A DNA stretch of 64,000 nt, taken from Sedimentisphaerales bacterium (GTDB taxonomy: Bacteria; Planctomycetota; Phycisphaerae; Sedimentisphaerales; Anaerobacaceae). Shown here in pieces: positions 1 to 10,012 of the stretch. The DNA lies in assembly GCA_040772485.1 (NCBI GenBank), contig JAXGYC010000010.1, positions 96,001 to 160,000 of the forward strand. Reading direction: 5' to 3'. Both the position numbers and the translations under genes were made by a program. Every line of letters begins with the position of its first letter. Within the stretch, counting starts at the first letter, position 1. The notes beneath the pieces are model-generated. The model worked only from the letters and a program-made list of their open reading frames with translations, made no database searches and was not told the origin of the DNA.

Positions 1-684
1 CCGGGCGCGGCGCTCTGGGGCGCGGCGGTGGCCGCCCTGGTCTGGAGCTTCGCCAAGTACGGCTTCAGCACCTATGTGACGCAGTTCATTCCCTACAGCA
101 AGATCTACGGCGTTCTGGGCCTGGTTCCCCTGAGCGTATTCTGGATTCACATCACCTGGCTCATCGCCCTGTTCGGGCTGCAACTGACCTACACGACGCA
201 GCACCTCAAGACGCTCGATGCGGCGGAGATCCAAGCCGTCAGGGATCGAAAACAGGAGTACTTCATCACCAACGACCTGACCGTGATCAACGTCGCGAAG
301 GAGATCGCTCGGGCATTTATGGAAAATGAAGGTCCTTTGTCGCGGGAGACGCTCTGCACCCGGCTCGGCCTGCCCCCGGAACTGGGCGAGGACATTCTCG
401 AGCATCTCGTCAAGACCGGACTTCTGGTCAAGACCGCCGAGCCTCAGGCCGGATTCATCCCGGCCAGGGACCCCGGACAGATCAAGCTCTCGGACATCAC
501 CGAGGCGCTGGCGGCGGTCGCGCTGGCCCAGCCCGATCTGAATGAACCGGCGACGCTGGGCCGGCTGGTGCGGGCCCAGCAGCAGTTCCTCGCCAAGCAC
601 AACCTGCGAGAAGTCCTTCTGCCGGATCGGCTGCACAACGAAGAAGGCACGCCCAGCACACCCGAACAGGGGTCTGCCTCGTGA
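1..684 (+). CDS. YihY/BrkB family membrane protein with C-terminal winged-helix (Rrf2-like) domain, 5'-truncated by window edge
   Basis: Frame is open from base 1. YSKIYGVLGLVPLSVFWIHITWLIALFG is the typical YihY C-terminal signature, followed by a wHTH-like segment (ILEHLVKTGLL...GFIPARDPGQIKLSDI). Confidence 0.8.
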   Translation, partial: PGAALWGAAVAALVWSFAKYGFSTYVTQFIPYSKIYGVLGLVPLSVFWIHITWLIALFGLQLTYTTQHLKTLDAAEIQAVRDRKQEYFITNDLTVINVAKEIARAFMENEGPLSRETLCTRLGLPPELGEDILEHLVKTGLLVKTAEPQAGFIPARDPGQIKLSDITEALAAVALAQPDLNEPATLGRLVRAQQQFLAKHNLREVLLPDRLHNEEGTPSTPEQGSAS

Positions 685-2378
685 GACCGCCGCACGTCCC
701 ACATCGAAATGCGTGGTTCTCTCGGCCTTCCCGGAAATCGCCGACCGTTGCCTGCCGCAGCGCCGCAGTCGGAGCCCTGTGGCTGTGCCTGCTGCCGGTG
801 ATCTTCGGCGCACGCACGGTTCAGGCCCACCCGATTCCCCAGACGCGCGCGATCGATCCCGGAGATTGTCTTGTGATCGTCACGTCCACAACGCCGTTCG
901 GATCGATCTCGGGAACGGGCTTCGCCGTGGGAGACGGCACGCTGATCGTCACCGCTCATCACATCGTGGCTGAAGCCTCCGAGGAAGGCCGGCACACGAT
1001 GCTGGGGGCCGTGCGGGTCCTCAGTCCCTACCTTGGAGATTGCCGCTATGCAGAGGCCGTCGTCCTCGACATTCCTCTCGACCTGGCGGTGATCAAGGTC
1101 CCGTGGGTCGGGCAGCCGGCGTCAGAGATCCCGAACGACGACGAGCTGATGCGGGCCGAGCAACTCGAGACGATTGGGAACGTCTCACTGATCTCGGCGA
1201 TCCCCAAGGAGTCGAGACAGTTGTTTCCCGAGTCGTCGGCTGTCGACCACCAGATCCTGGACGTCGATTTCGTGGCTGTCCGCCGGCAAGTCCCGCAGTT
1301 CATCTCCCTCTACGGACGAGGTCAGTTGGGGCCGGGCTGGAGCGGAGCGCCCATGCTGATTCCGAGAACCTTGAAGGCGGCCGGGTGCTTCGTGCAACTG
1401 AACAAGAGCCTCAGCGATGGACGCCTGACCAGCCAGGGCCCCGCGCTGGCACAGGTCCGGCGTCTGGCCGAGCAGATCGCCCAGAGTCAATCGTTGGAGC
1501 CGTCGGGGGCAAAGGCCGCCCGGGCCGACGACGGCTTCGAAGTCTCGCTGCTGTTCCTGCAAACCGCCAAGTTGCTCGCCCGAGACGCATACGGATGGGC
1601 CGGCGACACCGTGACGAGACTGCTGGCTCTTCGACCGGACTCGGCCATGGTCCAGGTGCTCGCCGCCTGGGTCCAGGAGAAACAAGGCAACACGGACGCC
1701 GCGGAGGCGCACTATCAGGCCGCCATGAAACTGGACTCGAACGGTCCCATGTTGCGGTTGATGTATGGCCAATCGTTCCTCGATCGCGATCCCAACAAAG
1801 CCCTCGAGATTCTTCGGGGCCTCTGGCAACACCGGCAGATGAGACCCTGGCTCGTGCTGATCATGTGGGACGTCCTGCGTGCGAGAGACACCGACGAGAA
1901 TTGCGCACAGATGCTCGAAGAGGCCCTGGAGGTCGAGCCGGACAACGCGTACCTGTGGTTCAACCTCGGCGCGGTCCAATGGGAGTCCGGCCGACGTGAT
2001 GACGGATTCGCATCTATGGCAAAGGCGGTCGAGCTGTTCCCGGAACGTGGGCCGCTGCGAGGTCACCTGGCCCGACTGCTCGAAGAGGAAGGCCGCCTGG
2101 ACGAAGCGGAAGACCATCTCCGACGGCTGTTGCCGATCGAGCCGAGAAATCCGGTGGTGTACTTCTGGCTCGCCCGCTTCCTGTCCAAGCATCGTTCCGA
2201 CGCAGCCGATGAAGCCTTGAGAACCGCACGCAAGGCTCTGACCCTGCCATGTGACGACCCGGCGCTGGAGGACCAGATCAGACAACTGGTTCGAGCGATC
2301 CGATCCGAGCGAGCGTCGAAAGCCCCGCCCGCTTCGGCAAGTCAACGCGACGCAAGCAGCAGCGCGAGCGCGCGATAG
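681..2378 (+). CDS. Secreted trypsin-like serine protease with C-terminal TPR repeats
   Basis: Hydrophobic signal-like N-terminus. GTGFAVG, TAHHIV (His), DLAVIKV (Asp) and GPGWSGAP (Ser) motifs are present, followed by several TPR-like repeats (ALEVEPDNAYLWFNLG). Start is uncertain. Confidence 0.75.
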   Translation: MRPPHVPHRNAWFSRPSRKSPTVACRSAAVGALWLCLLPVIFGARTVQAHPIPQTRAIDPGDCLVIVTSTTPFGSISGTGFAVGDGTLIVTAHHIVAEASEEGRHTMLGAVRVLSPYLGDCRYAEAVVLDIPLDLAVIKVPWVGQPASEIPNDDELMRAEQLETIGNVSLISAIPKESRQLFPESSAVDHQILDVDFVAVRRQVPQFISLYGRGQLGPGWSGAPMLIPRTLKAAGCFVQLNKSLSDGRLTSQGPALAQVRRLAEQIAQSQSLEPSGAKAARADDGFEVSLLFLQTAKLLARDAYGWAGDTVTRLLALRPDSAMVQVLAAWVQEKQGNTDAAEAHYQAAMKLDSNGPMLRLMYGQSFLDRDPNKALEILRGLWQHRQMRPWLVLIMWDVLRARDTDENCAQMLEEALEVEPDNAYLWFNLGAVQWESGRRDDGFASMAKAVELFPERGPLRGHLARLLEEEGRLDEAEDHLRRLLPIEPRNPVVYFWLARFLSKHRSDAADEALRTARKALTLPCDDPALEDQIRQLVRAIRSERASKAPPASASQRDASSSASAR

Positions 2379-2971
2379 AGGAAGTGCGCCCCGAACAACG
2401 CCAGGGCAACGCCACAAACATACAGGACGATCCGCTGGGCGCGCGGGCCGAGAACGTTGGTCCCATGGAAGCTGCCGAGGGAGAGGATCGTCAGCCAGAC
2501 CAGGTCGCACAGCCAGTGCACCAGGGCAAACAGCACGAAGGCGAGCCAGCCGAGAGTCCGCGCCTCCAGGGCGAGATTCAACCCGACGGTCGCCCACCAC
2601 AACAGGAAATACGGATTGCCGGCCGACAGAATCAGCCCGGTCATCATCGGCCCGGCGTTCGTCAACTGGCCCGATGGCGAATCCGCACCGCCCTTGTCAC
2701 GCAGCATGCCGACGCCCATCCAGACCAGAAAGGCCCCGCCGAAAAGCCCCACCGCAATCCGGAACCAATCGGCCTGAAACAACACGCCCAGACCGAACAT
2801 GATCAGGAAGATCAGGGGAATCTCGATGATGCCGTGCCCGATGGCCATCCACACGCCCGCCCATCGGCGCTGCGCCCCCTGCGCAATGACGGCGGTCGTC
2901 ACCGCCCCCGGCGCCATGACGCCGGAGAGGGAAATGCCCACCGCCTTGAGAAGAAAACCGGTCAGACCCAC
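2342..2971 (-). CDS. LysE family translocator
   Basis: SLSGVMAPGA and NPYFLLWWATVG motifs; about 6 TM helices; 209 aa. Confidence 0.85.
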   Translation of the reverse strand: MGLTGFLLKAVGISLSGVMAPGAVTTAVIAQGAQRRWAGVWMAIGHGIIEIPLIFLIMFGLGVLFQADWFRIAVGLFGGAFLVWMGVGMLRDKGGADSPSGQLTNAGPMMTGLILSAGNPYFLLWWATVGLNLALEARTLGWLAFVLFALVHWLCDLVWLTILSLGSFHGTNVLGPRAQRIVLYVCGVALALFGAHFLYRALALLLASR

Positions 2972-2986
2972 GAAGCCCCCGAGTAC

Positions 2987-3403
2987 CTATTCGCCGATGA
3001 TCTTGACGAGGATGCGTTTGCGGCGTTTGCCGTCGAATTCGCCGTAGAAGATCTGCTCCCACGGACCGAAGTCCAGCTTGCCCTCGGTGACCGCGACGAC
3101 GACCTCGCGGCCCATGACGCTCCGCTTGAGGTGAGCGTCGGCGTTGTCCTCGTAGCCGTTGTGCTTGTACTGCGCGTAGGGCTTCTCCGGCGCCAGCTTC
3201 TCCAGCCAAGTTTCGAAATCCTGGTGCAGGCCCGACTCGTCGTCGTTGATGAAGACGCTGGCGGTGATGTGCATGGCGTTGCACAGCAGCAGGCCCTCCT
3301 GGATCCCGCTCTCGGCCAGGCACTGCTCGACCTGGGGGGTGATGTTGATGAACTCTCTCCGCCGCGTGGTGTCAAACCACAATTCCTTCCTGTAGCTGTT
3401 CAT
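2987..3403 (-). CDS. yjbQ: YjbQ/UPF0047 family protein (secondary thiamine-phosphate synthase-like)
   Basis: [19 protein letters not shown] and [13 protein letters not shown] motifs. ATG at 3403 gives 138 aa. Confidence 0.9.
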   Translation of the reverse strand: MNSYRKELWFDTTRRREFINITPQVEQCLAESGIQEGLLLCNAMHITASVFINDDESGLHQDFETWLEKLAPEKPYAQYKHNGYEDNADAHLKRSVMGREVVVAVTEGKLDFGPWEQIFYGEFDGKRRKRILVKIIGE

Positions 3404-3575
3404 GACCGGCCTTTCGTCGTGGCACAAATGGAACGAACGGGCTCGATGTTCTGCCGTACATACCAGGTGGAGATTGTAGCATCTTCGCACACAGAATGGA
3501 ACCGCATCCTGCCCGTGTCGTCCGCCGGGCACGGCGGCCCGTCGAGACACACCGACAGGGACAAGGGAATAGACC

Positions 3576-4220
3576 ATGAAGAAGAACCCTCTGTTCTGGG
3601 ACGTCGACACGCAGTTCGACTTCATGCGGCCGGAAGGACGCCTGTACGTGCCGGGAGCGGAGACCATCATCCACACCGTCAGCGAGGTGAGGCGATTCGC
3701 TCTGGACCGGGGGTTTTCGATCCTGGCCGATGTCGACTGGCATGGCCGCGACAATCCGGAGATCTCGGACACGCCCGATTTCAGAGAGACGTTTCCGCCC
3801 CACTGCATGGCGGGCGAACCCGGCAGCGAGCGGGTCGGATACCTGGGCACGGGGCCGATCGAATACGCGCCAGTTGAGGAGATGGACGCATTGCACCTGC
3901 GCCGGCTCGCTCAAAAGGAGCCATTTCATATCGTGATTCGCAAGGAGAGCCTCAGCGTCTTCGACAATCCGAATACGGACAAGCTCCTCGACCTGATCCG
4001 GCCCGAACGGGTCGTCGTGTTCGGCGTGGCCCTGGACTTCTGCGTCTCGTACGTCGTGAACGGCCTGGCAAAGCGACCGGGCATCGAAGTGATTCTGCTG
4101 AAAGACGCGGCGAAGGGATTGCAGTCCAGGCCCGACGGCGAAATCTATGAACAATTCCGACGGATGGGTGTCGCCGTAACGACGTTCGACGAGTTCCGGA
4201 GGCAATTGGCATGTGGCTGA
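3576..4220 (+). CDS. pncA: Nicotinamidase (isochorismatase family cysteine hydrolase)
   Basis: [16 protein letters not shown] and GVALDFCV catalytic/metal motifs; overlaps pncB. Confidence 0.85.
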   Translation: MKKNPLFWDVDTQFDFMRPEGRLYVPGAETIIHTVSEVRRFALDRGFSILADVDWHGRDNPEISDTPDFRETFPPHCMAGEPGSERVGYLGTGPIEYAPVEEMDALHLRRLAQKEPFHIVIRKESLSVFDNPNTDKLLDLIRPERVVVFGVALDFCVSYVVNGLAKRPGIEVILLKDAAKGLQSRPDGEIYEQFRRMGVAVTTFDEFRRQLACG

Positions 4221-5497
4221 TCGACGGAACACCCGCCCTGCTGACGGACCTGTACGAACTGACGATGGCCCAGGTCTACTTCCAGAAGCGGATGGCCGGA
4301 CCGGCGTACTTCGAAGTCACTGTGCGGCATCTTCCGCAGGACTGGGGCTTCTTCGTGATGGCGGGTCTGCCGGAAGTAGAGGCGTACCTGGCGCAGTTTC
4401 GATTCTCAGAAAGTGACCTCGACTACCTGCGTTCAGCCCGGCTGTTCGAGCCGGATTTCCTGGACTATCTCGCCGGTTTTCGCCCGGACGTAACGATCCG
4501 GGCCCTGCCCGAGGGAACCGTGTTCTTCCCGAACGAGCCGATCCTCGAAGTGGGCGGCCCGATCCTGCACGCCCAACTGCTCGAAAGCTATATCCTGAAC
4601 ATCCTGGGTTTCTCGATCATCGAGGCGAGCCTGGCGGCGAGAATGACGCTCGCGGCCGACGGCGTCCCCTTGCTGGATTTCGGCATGCGCCGTGCCCAGG
4701 GGCCGATTGCCTCGATCCGCGCTGCTCGCGGCGCGCAGATGGCGGGCTGGAAGGCCACCAGCAACGTCTTTGCCGCTCGCGCTCTGGCGATGCCGCCCTC
4801 GGGCACCATGGCCCACTCGTTCATCCAGGCCCACCCGTCGCAGGAGCAGGCCTTTCGCGACTTCGGCGCGATCTACTGCGACAAGACCATTCTGCTCGTC
4901 GATACGTATGACACGATCGAGGGGGTGAAGATCGCCGCCGGCGTGGCCCGCGAGTTCCTCGAACGCGGCGTCAAGCTGCGCGGCATCCGCCTGGACAGCG
5001 GCAACCTCGTCGCGGACAGCCGGTTCGCGCGGGACCATTTCCGCCGGCAGGGAGTGGACTTCCTCCGGATCTTCGCCAGCGGCGACCTCGACGAGTTCAA
5101 GATCCAGGATGTGCTGGCCGCCGGCGGGCAGTTCGACGGCTTCGGCGTCGGCACCCGTTTCGCCGTCTCCCAACGGGCCCCCTCCATCGGCATCGTCTAC
5201 AAACTGGTCCAGTACGCAGATCGTCCCCTGAACAAGACCTCGCCCGACAAGGCGACGCTGCCCGGCCGCAAAACAGTCCTCCGCACCAGCAGCCCGCGTT
5301 TCGAGAAGGACATCGTCCGTCCTCTCGAACCGGACGCCGAAGACCTGCTTGGTCCGTTCGAGTCCGCCGAGCCGATGGTGACCGTCCAGGAGAGACTGCA
5401 AAGTCAGATTGCCGCCCTGCCGGACCCGGTCAAAGCGATTCGCAAGCCCGCGACCTACCCGGTCGAGCTCGTTGCTTTGCCGGGTAGGGGCGAATGA
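4211..5497 (+). CDS. pncB: Nicotinate phosphoribosyltransferase
   Basis: LLTDLYELTMAQ, DFGMRRAQG, GTMAHSF, LVDTYD and GIRLDSG motifs. Confidence 0.95.
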   Translation: MWLIDGTPALLTDLYELTMAQVYFQKRMAGPAYFEVTVRHLPQDWGFFVMAGLPEVEAYLAQFRFSESDLDYLRSARLFEPDFLDYLAGFRPDVTIRALPEGTVFFPNEPILEVGGPILHAQLLESYILNILGFSIIEASLAARMTLAADGVPLLDFGMRRAQGPIASIRAARGAQMAGWKATSNVFAARALAMPPSGTMAHSFIQAHPSQEQAFRDFGAIYCDKTILLVDTYDTIEGVKIAAGVAREFLERGVKLRGIRLDSGNLVADSRFARDHFRRQGVDFLRIFASGDLDEFKIQDVLAAGGQFDGFGVGTRFAVSQRAPSIGIVYKLVQYADRPLNKTSPDKATLPGRKTVLRTSSPRFEKDIVRPLEPDAEDLLGPFESAEPMVTVQERLQSQIAALPDPVKAIRKPATYPVELVALPGRGE

Positions 5498-5511
5498 TTG
5501 TTCGCCCCTAC
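5484..5511. repeat. GTAG-type REP-like palindrome
   Basis: GTAGGGGCGAA-tgattg-TTCGCCCCTAC is a perfect 11-bp inverted repeat. A near-identical copy lies at 53272-53299. Confidence 0.75.
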
Positions 5512-5540
5512 GGCCCCGGGACGCGCAGGACCGGGAGAGT

Positions 5541-6713
5541 CTATTTCACGAGCTGTCCGTAGACGCGCTCGATCACATCGACCATGGTGCCGGGGGCAAA
5601 CTTCGTCTTGACGGATTCCTGGCCGGCCTGGCCGAGTCTCTCGCGCAGCGGTTGGTCGGCGATCAGCTCGGCGCAGGCTTCGATGAGCTGCGGGACGTTC
5701 TTTGGCTCGATCAGCCGGCCAGTGCGCTCGTTGACGACTTCGCGGGCGCCGTCGACATCGAAGCTGATAGCGGGCCGGCTGCAGAGCATCGCTTGGGGAA
5801 GCGTGCGGGCCAGACCCTCGCGCAGCGAGCAGTGGACGAGGATGTCGGAAGACTGGATCGCCAGCGGGATCTCGCTGGGGGGCATCAGCCCCGTGAAACG
5901 AAACCGCTCGGCCAGCCCCATGTCGCGGACCTGCTGCTTGTACCGCTCGGCGAGGTTGCCGTCGCCCACGAAGAGCCAGACCACATTGGCGAATCGCTTC
6001 GCCAGCTCCGGGGCCGACGCGATAATGTAGTCGTGGCCCTTGAGCATGAACAGACGCGCGATGGTGACGAGGACGACCGCATCGTCCGCGATGCCGTTCC
6101 GGCGGCGGAAGGCCCGCGTCCGCTCGGCGGGAATCGGTTCGAGGAACTGCTCTTCATCGATGGCGGAATACGCCGTGACGTAGGGCTTGTCGGCGCCGAT
6201 ACCGGCCGCTTTGCACTGGTCGGTCATCGCGTCGGCGACGCTGACGAAATAGTCCGTGCGCTTCGCGGCGGCCTTCTCGATGGCCACGTAGACGCGGTTG
6301 ACCCACCGGCTCTGGTAAGGATGGAACGCCAGGCCGTGAATGCCATGGACGATCCCGGGGCGCGCCGGGTGCCACGCGCCCTTCAAGGCGTTGCCGGCGT
6401 AGCGGCCGAGGATGCCGGCCTTGGCCGAGTGCGTGTGGACGATGTCGGGCTGCAATTGTCGCAGCAGCCTCTTGACCTTGCGATAGGCGACGAAATCCTT
6501 GAACGGCTCGATGGCCCGCCGCATCTCGTCGACCACGACCGTCTCGTACTTCTGCCCCTTCGTCTGGTTGAACAGCTCCCCTTCGGGCCCAAGGGCCGGC
6601 CCGGTGATCAGCGTGACATCATGCCCTCGTTCCGCGAGCAGCTTGCAGGTGATCAGCGCGTTCTCCTGCGCGCCGCCCAGAATCAGCCGCGTGATGATGT
6701 GGACGATCTTCAA
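5541..6713 (-). CDS. Glycosyltransferase family 4 protein
   Basis: HIITRLILGGAQEN, VHTHSAKAG and EGLARTLPQAM (GT4 E-x7-E-like) motifs. Confidence 0.9.
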   Translation of the reverse strand: MKIVHIITRLILGGAQENALITCKLLAERGHDVTLITGPALGPEGELFNQTKGQKYETVVVDEMRRAIEPFKDFVAYRKVKRLLRQLQPDIVHTHSAKAGILGRYAGNALKGAWHPARPGIVHGIHGLAFHPYQSRWVNRVYVAIEKAAAKRTDYFVSVADAMTDQCKAAGIGADKPYVTAYSAIDEEQFLEPIPAERTRAFRRRNGIADDAVVLVTIARLFMLKGHDYIIASAPELAKRFANVVWLFVGDGNLAERYKQQVRDMGLAERFRFTGLMPPSEIPLAIQSSDILVHCSLREGLARTLPQAMLCSRPAISFDVDGAREVVNERTGRLIEPKNVPQLIEACAELIADQPLRERLGQAGQESVKTKFAPGTMVDVIERVYGQLVK

Positions 6714-6755
6714 AGCTTCGTCTCCGCGTTCATGGACCGGATCGGCGCTATTCTC

Positions 6756-8021
6756 TCAAGCGATGGTCGCGTAGTCAATGCCCCAGGGCCGCAGCACCTT
6801 ACGCAGGGCTTCAGGACCCTGCATGTAGGACAGGAACAGCCCATAGTTCGTGTATGGCACGCCGATCGATTCGAGGTCGCGGATGCGGGCCAGGAGCTTC
6901 TGCGCGGTAATCATGCAGCCGCCGCAATGGATCACCAGCTTGTAGGACTGGAGCTGCTCGTTCTCCTGAAACTCGCGGCCGAAGTTGTGATCGATCTGGA
7001 CGTCGGGCCAGTGTTTCCGGATGAAGCTGGGAATCTGCACGGTGCCGATGTCCTCGGCGATCCGCGAGTGGTTGCACGCCTCGGCGATGAGCACCTTGTC
7101 CCCCGCCCGAAGGCTCGCGACCGCCTCGATCCCCGCGACGAAAGCCGCCAGCCGGCCCCGGCTCACATAGTTGATCATCATGATCGAAAACGTCGTCAGC
7201 CCGATGTCGTCGGGCGTCCAGGCGTGCATCAGGTCCATGGCCTGCGAATCGGTGATGATCGCCTTGGGCCGCTGGCCGAAGCCGGCCAGAAACGCGTCGA
7301 ACCGTTTCCGTTCGCCCGCGCCGCCGGCGCGGGCCTTGCCCAGGTCCATGCGATACGAGACCGGCCAGGCCCAGTGCCGCGCGATGTACTCGGCCGCCAT
7401 TGCCTGCGGACGCAGGTATCGTCCCGGCGGGGTCTCGGCGTCCATCGGAATGTTCAGCACGTAGAACTCGTCGCGATGGAGGAACGGAAGCAGCTCCATC
7501 GTAACGTTCTTCGAAGCGAAGTTCTCCAGGATGAATTGCAGCAGCGCCGGGCGGCACTGCGCATCGACGGCGACCAGGCGAATCTTCTGATGGAACCGCA
7601 GCAGTGGGACCTGCTCTTCCACGAGCGCGATCCGCTCGGCCGCGTCGGGCCGGAACAGGTTGTAGACCACCAGGATCTGCTTGTCCAGCTCGCGGGCCTT
7701 CTCGACGATCTCGTTCTCCGTGGCGAAGTCATCCGTCTCCGGATCGACCACGAGCAGGACCAGATCGCACTCCTTCAGGTCGGCGAAGACCTTGGCCCGC
7801 TTCTTGCGTCCCAGCCCGGAAGCCTCATCGAGCCCGGCCGTGTCGAACAGCTTGACCGGACCCATTCCGTGGATCTCCTGGAGGGCAATCTTCGTGTCGG
7901 CTGTGGTCCCGGGCGTCGCATCGACGATGGACGTGACCTGCTGGGTGAGCAGATTCATGATGCTGCTCTTGCCCGAGTTCATCTTGCCGAAGATTCCGAT
8001 ATGATCTCTCTCGACGAGCAT
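6756..8021 (-). CDS. hydF: [FeFe]-hydrogenase H-cluster maturation GTPase HydF (divergent)
   Basis: P-loop GKMNSGKS, GTT, DTAG, ITDSQA, TTFSI, EACNH and HCGGC Fe-S ligand motifs, TNYG. The ATG overlaps the truA stop (ATGA). Confidence 0.88.
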   Translation of the reverse strand: MLVERDHIGIFGKMNSGKSSIMNLLTQQVTSIVDATPGTTADTKIALQEIHGMGPVKLFDTAGLDEASGLGRKKRAKVFADLKECDLVLLVVDPETDDFATENEIVEKARELDKQILVVYNLFRPDAAERIALVEEQVPLLRFHQKIRLVAVDAQCRPALLQFILENFASKNVTMELLPFLHRDEFYVLNIPMDAETPPGRYLRPQAMAAEYIARHWAWPVSYRMDLGKARAGGAGERKRFDAFLAGFGQRPKAIITDSQAMDLMHAWTPDDIGLTTFSIMMINYVSRGRLAAFVAGIEAVASLRAGDKVLIAEACNHSRIAEDIGTVQIPSFIRKHWPDVQIDHNFGREFQENEQLQSYKLVIHCGGCMITAQKLLARIRDLESIGVPYTNYGLFLSYMQGPEALRKVLRPWGIDYATIA

Positions 8022-8773
8022 CAGTATTTGATCCACATCAGGCACAAGCCGTTAGGCGGCGCGATGGGCCCGGCGGCCGTCCGGTCCCGGGCCGCCAGGA
8101 CACGACTGATTCGTACCGGCTCCCAGCGTCCGAGTCCAACTTCCATCAGCGACCCGACGATGTTGCGCACCATGTTGTAGAGAAACCCATCCCCTTCGAC
8201 CTCGACGTAGACCCAGTGGCCATCGTCCTTGCGGACCTCGGTGACATCGCAGCGGAAGATCGTGCGCACCGAATCCGTGCGGCTGTCGGCGGCCGACGCG
8301 AAGGACTTGAAGTCGTTCGTCCCGACCAACCGCTGGGCGGCGGCATCCATTGCACCTACATCGGGATTCGAGGGGACATGCCAGCAGTACCGCCGGTGCA
8401 ACACGGGCCGGGTCGGGTGGCAGAAGATCGTATACCGATAGAGCTTGCTCGTGACGTCGCCGATCACGTCGAAACCCATCGGCACCTCTTCGGCCTTGAC
8501 GATGGCGATGTCGTCGGGAAGTCGGTCGGTGATGGCCCTGGCGAGGTTCTGGGTCGGGACGGGCGAATCGATCTGAATCAGGGCGACCTGCCCGAGGGCG
8601 TGAACCCCGGCGTCGGTCCGGCTGGCCCCGCAGACCCGCACGTTCGGGCCAAGCAGGCTGCGGGCAGCATCCTGCACCGCCTCCTGGATGGTCGTGAATC
8701 CCGGCTGAATCTGCCAGCCGTGGTAGTCACTACCGTCATAGGCGATGGTCAGTTTGACGTTGCGTAGCGCCAT
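8021..8773 (-). CDS. truA: tRNA pseudouridine(38-40) synthase TruA
   Basis: AYDGSDYHGWQ, SRTDAGVHA, GFLYNMVRNIVG and APPNGLCL motifs. Confidence 0.96.
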   Translation of the reverse strand: MALRNVKLTIAYDGSDYHGWQIQPGFTTIQEAVQDAARSLLGPNVRVCGASRTDAGVHALGQVALIQIDSPVPTQNLARAITDRLPDDIAIVKAEEVPMGFDVIGDVTSKLYRYTIFCHPTRPVLHRRYCWHVPSNPDVGAMDAAAQRLVGTNDFKSFASAADSRTDSVRTIFRCDVTEVRKDDGHWVYVEVEGDGFLYNMVRNIVGSLMEVGLGRWEPVRISRVLAARDRTAAGPIAPPNGLCLMWIKY

Positions 8774-8848
8774 CCGGGAACAAACAGGGACGGCCGGCGC
8801 AGCCACAGCGCATCGATGCCCTGCGGCTGCGGCCGGCCGTCGTGAGGA

Positions 8849-9856
8849 CTATAGTTCGAGCAATTTTTCGGCGATCTGAATCGCGTTCAACGCCGCGCCC
8901 TTGCGAAGCTGGTCCCCGGCCACCCAGAAACTGATCCCGTGGTTGTCGGGCAGCGACGGATCCTGCCGGATGCGACCCACGAGAATATCGTCCTTGCCGG
9001 TGGCGTCGATCGGCATCGGGAAGCGATTGTGCTCCCGGTCATCCAGCACGCTGACGCCCGGCGCCTTGGCGAGCAGCTCCCGCACTCTCTCCGGCGTCAT
9101 CGGGCGGGTGAACTCCAGGTTGATGCTCTCGCAATGGGCCCGCATCACCGGAATGCGCACGCAGGTCGCCGTAATGGCGATCTGGGGGCAGTCGAAGATC
9201 TTCCGGGTCTCCTTGACCATCTTGGTCTCTTCTTCGTTGTACCCGTCCGGCCCCAGCGCCGAGTTGTGGCTGAAGCAGTTGAACGCGATCTGATAGGGGA
9301 ACACGTTGCAGCTCGGCTTCTTGCCGTCGAGAATCTCGCGGCTCTGGGCTTCGAGCTCCGCCATCGCCGCGGCGCCGGCGCCGCTGGCCGCCTGGTAGGT
9401 GCTGACGACCATCCGCTTGACTGGATTGGCCTGATGCAACGGCCAGACCGGCACGATGCCGATGATGGTCGAGCAGTTCGGATTCGCGATGATGCCCTTG
9501 TGCTCCTTGATCTTCTCAGGGTTGATCTCGGGGATCACCAGAGGCACCGTGGGGTCCATGCGAAACGCCGACGAGTTGTCCACGACCACGGCGCCCGCCT
9601 TGGCCGCCGCGGGAGCGAACTCCTTGCTGCGCGAGCCGCCCGCGCTGAACAGCGCGATATCGACGTCCGCGAAGCTGTCCTTCGTCAACACCTCAACCGT
9701 ATATTCCTTACCCTTGAAGGTGATCTTCTTACCCTTGGAGCGGCTGCTGGCAAGCACCTTGAGCGTATCGAACGGGAAGTTGCGCTCTTCGAGGATACTG
9801 AGGAATTCCTGACCGACCGCGCCGGTCACCCCTGCGATTGCCAGATGACAAGCCAT
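8849..9856 (-). CDS. asd: Aspartate-semialdehyde dehydrogenase
   Basis: GVTGAVG, DNSSAFRM, ANPNCST, STYQAASGAG and DQLRKGAALNA motifs. Confidence 0.96.
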   Translation of the reverse strand: MACHLAIAGVTGAVGQEFLSILEERNFPFDTLKVLASSRSKGKKITFKGKEYTVEVLTKDSFADVDIALFSAGGSRSKEFAPAAAKAGAVVVDNSSAFRMDPTVPLVIPEINPEKIKEHKGIIANPNCSTIIGIVPVWPLHQANPVKRMVVSTYQAASGAGAAAMAELEAQSREILDGKKPSCNVFPYQIAFNCFSHNSALGPDGYNEEETKMVKETRKIFDCPQIAITATCVRIPVMRAHCESINLEFTRPMTPERVRELLAKAPGVSVLDDREHNRFPMPIDATGKDDILVGRIRQDPSLPDNHGISFWVAGDQLRKGAALNAIQIAEKLLEL

Positions 9857-10012
9857 GTTTGCATACTCCTTTTCACTTCGGTTTTCACTGAAGGGCCGCC
9901 AACCGTTGACCGCCCAAAAGGCTGGTTTTGTGGAAACTACAGAACTATGTATTTTATGCCTTCGGGCCGCGATTTGCAAGGGCTTGTCTGCTAATATCTT
10001 CTATTGGCTCCG

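Noticed and set aside
5409..8180. 923-aa plus-strand ORF
   Set aside because: Antisense shadow of the GT4 and hydF genes, which is typical of high-GC DNA. No recognisable motifs.
9857..10012. Lysine riboswitch upstream of asd
   Set aside because: The region is too short and lacks the consensus.
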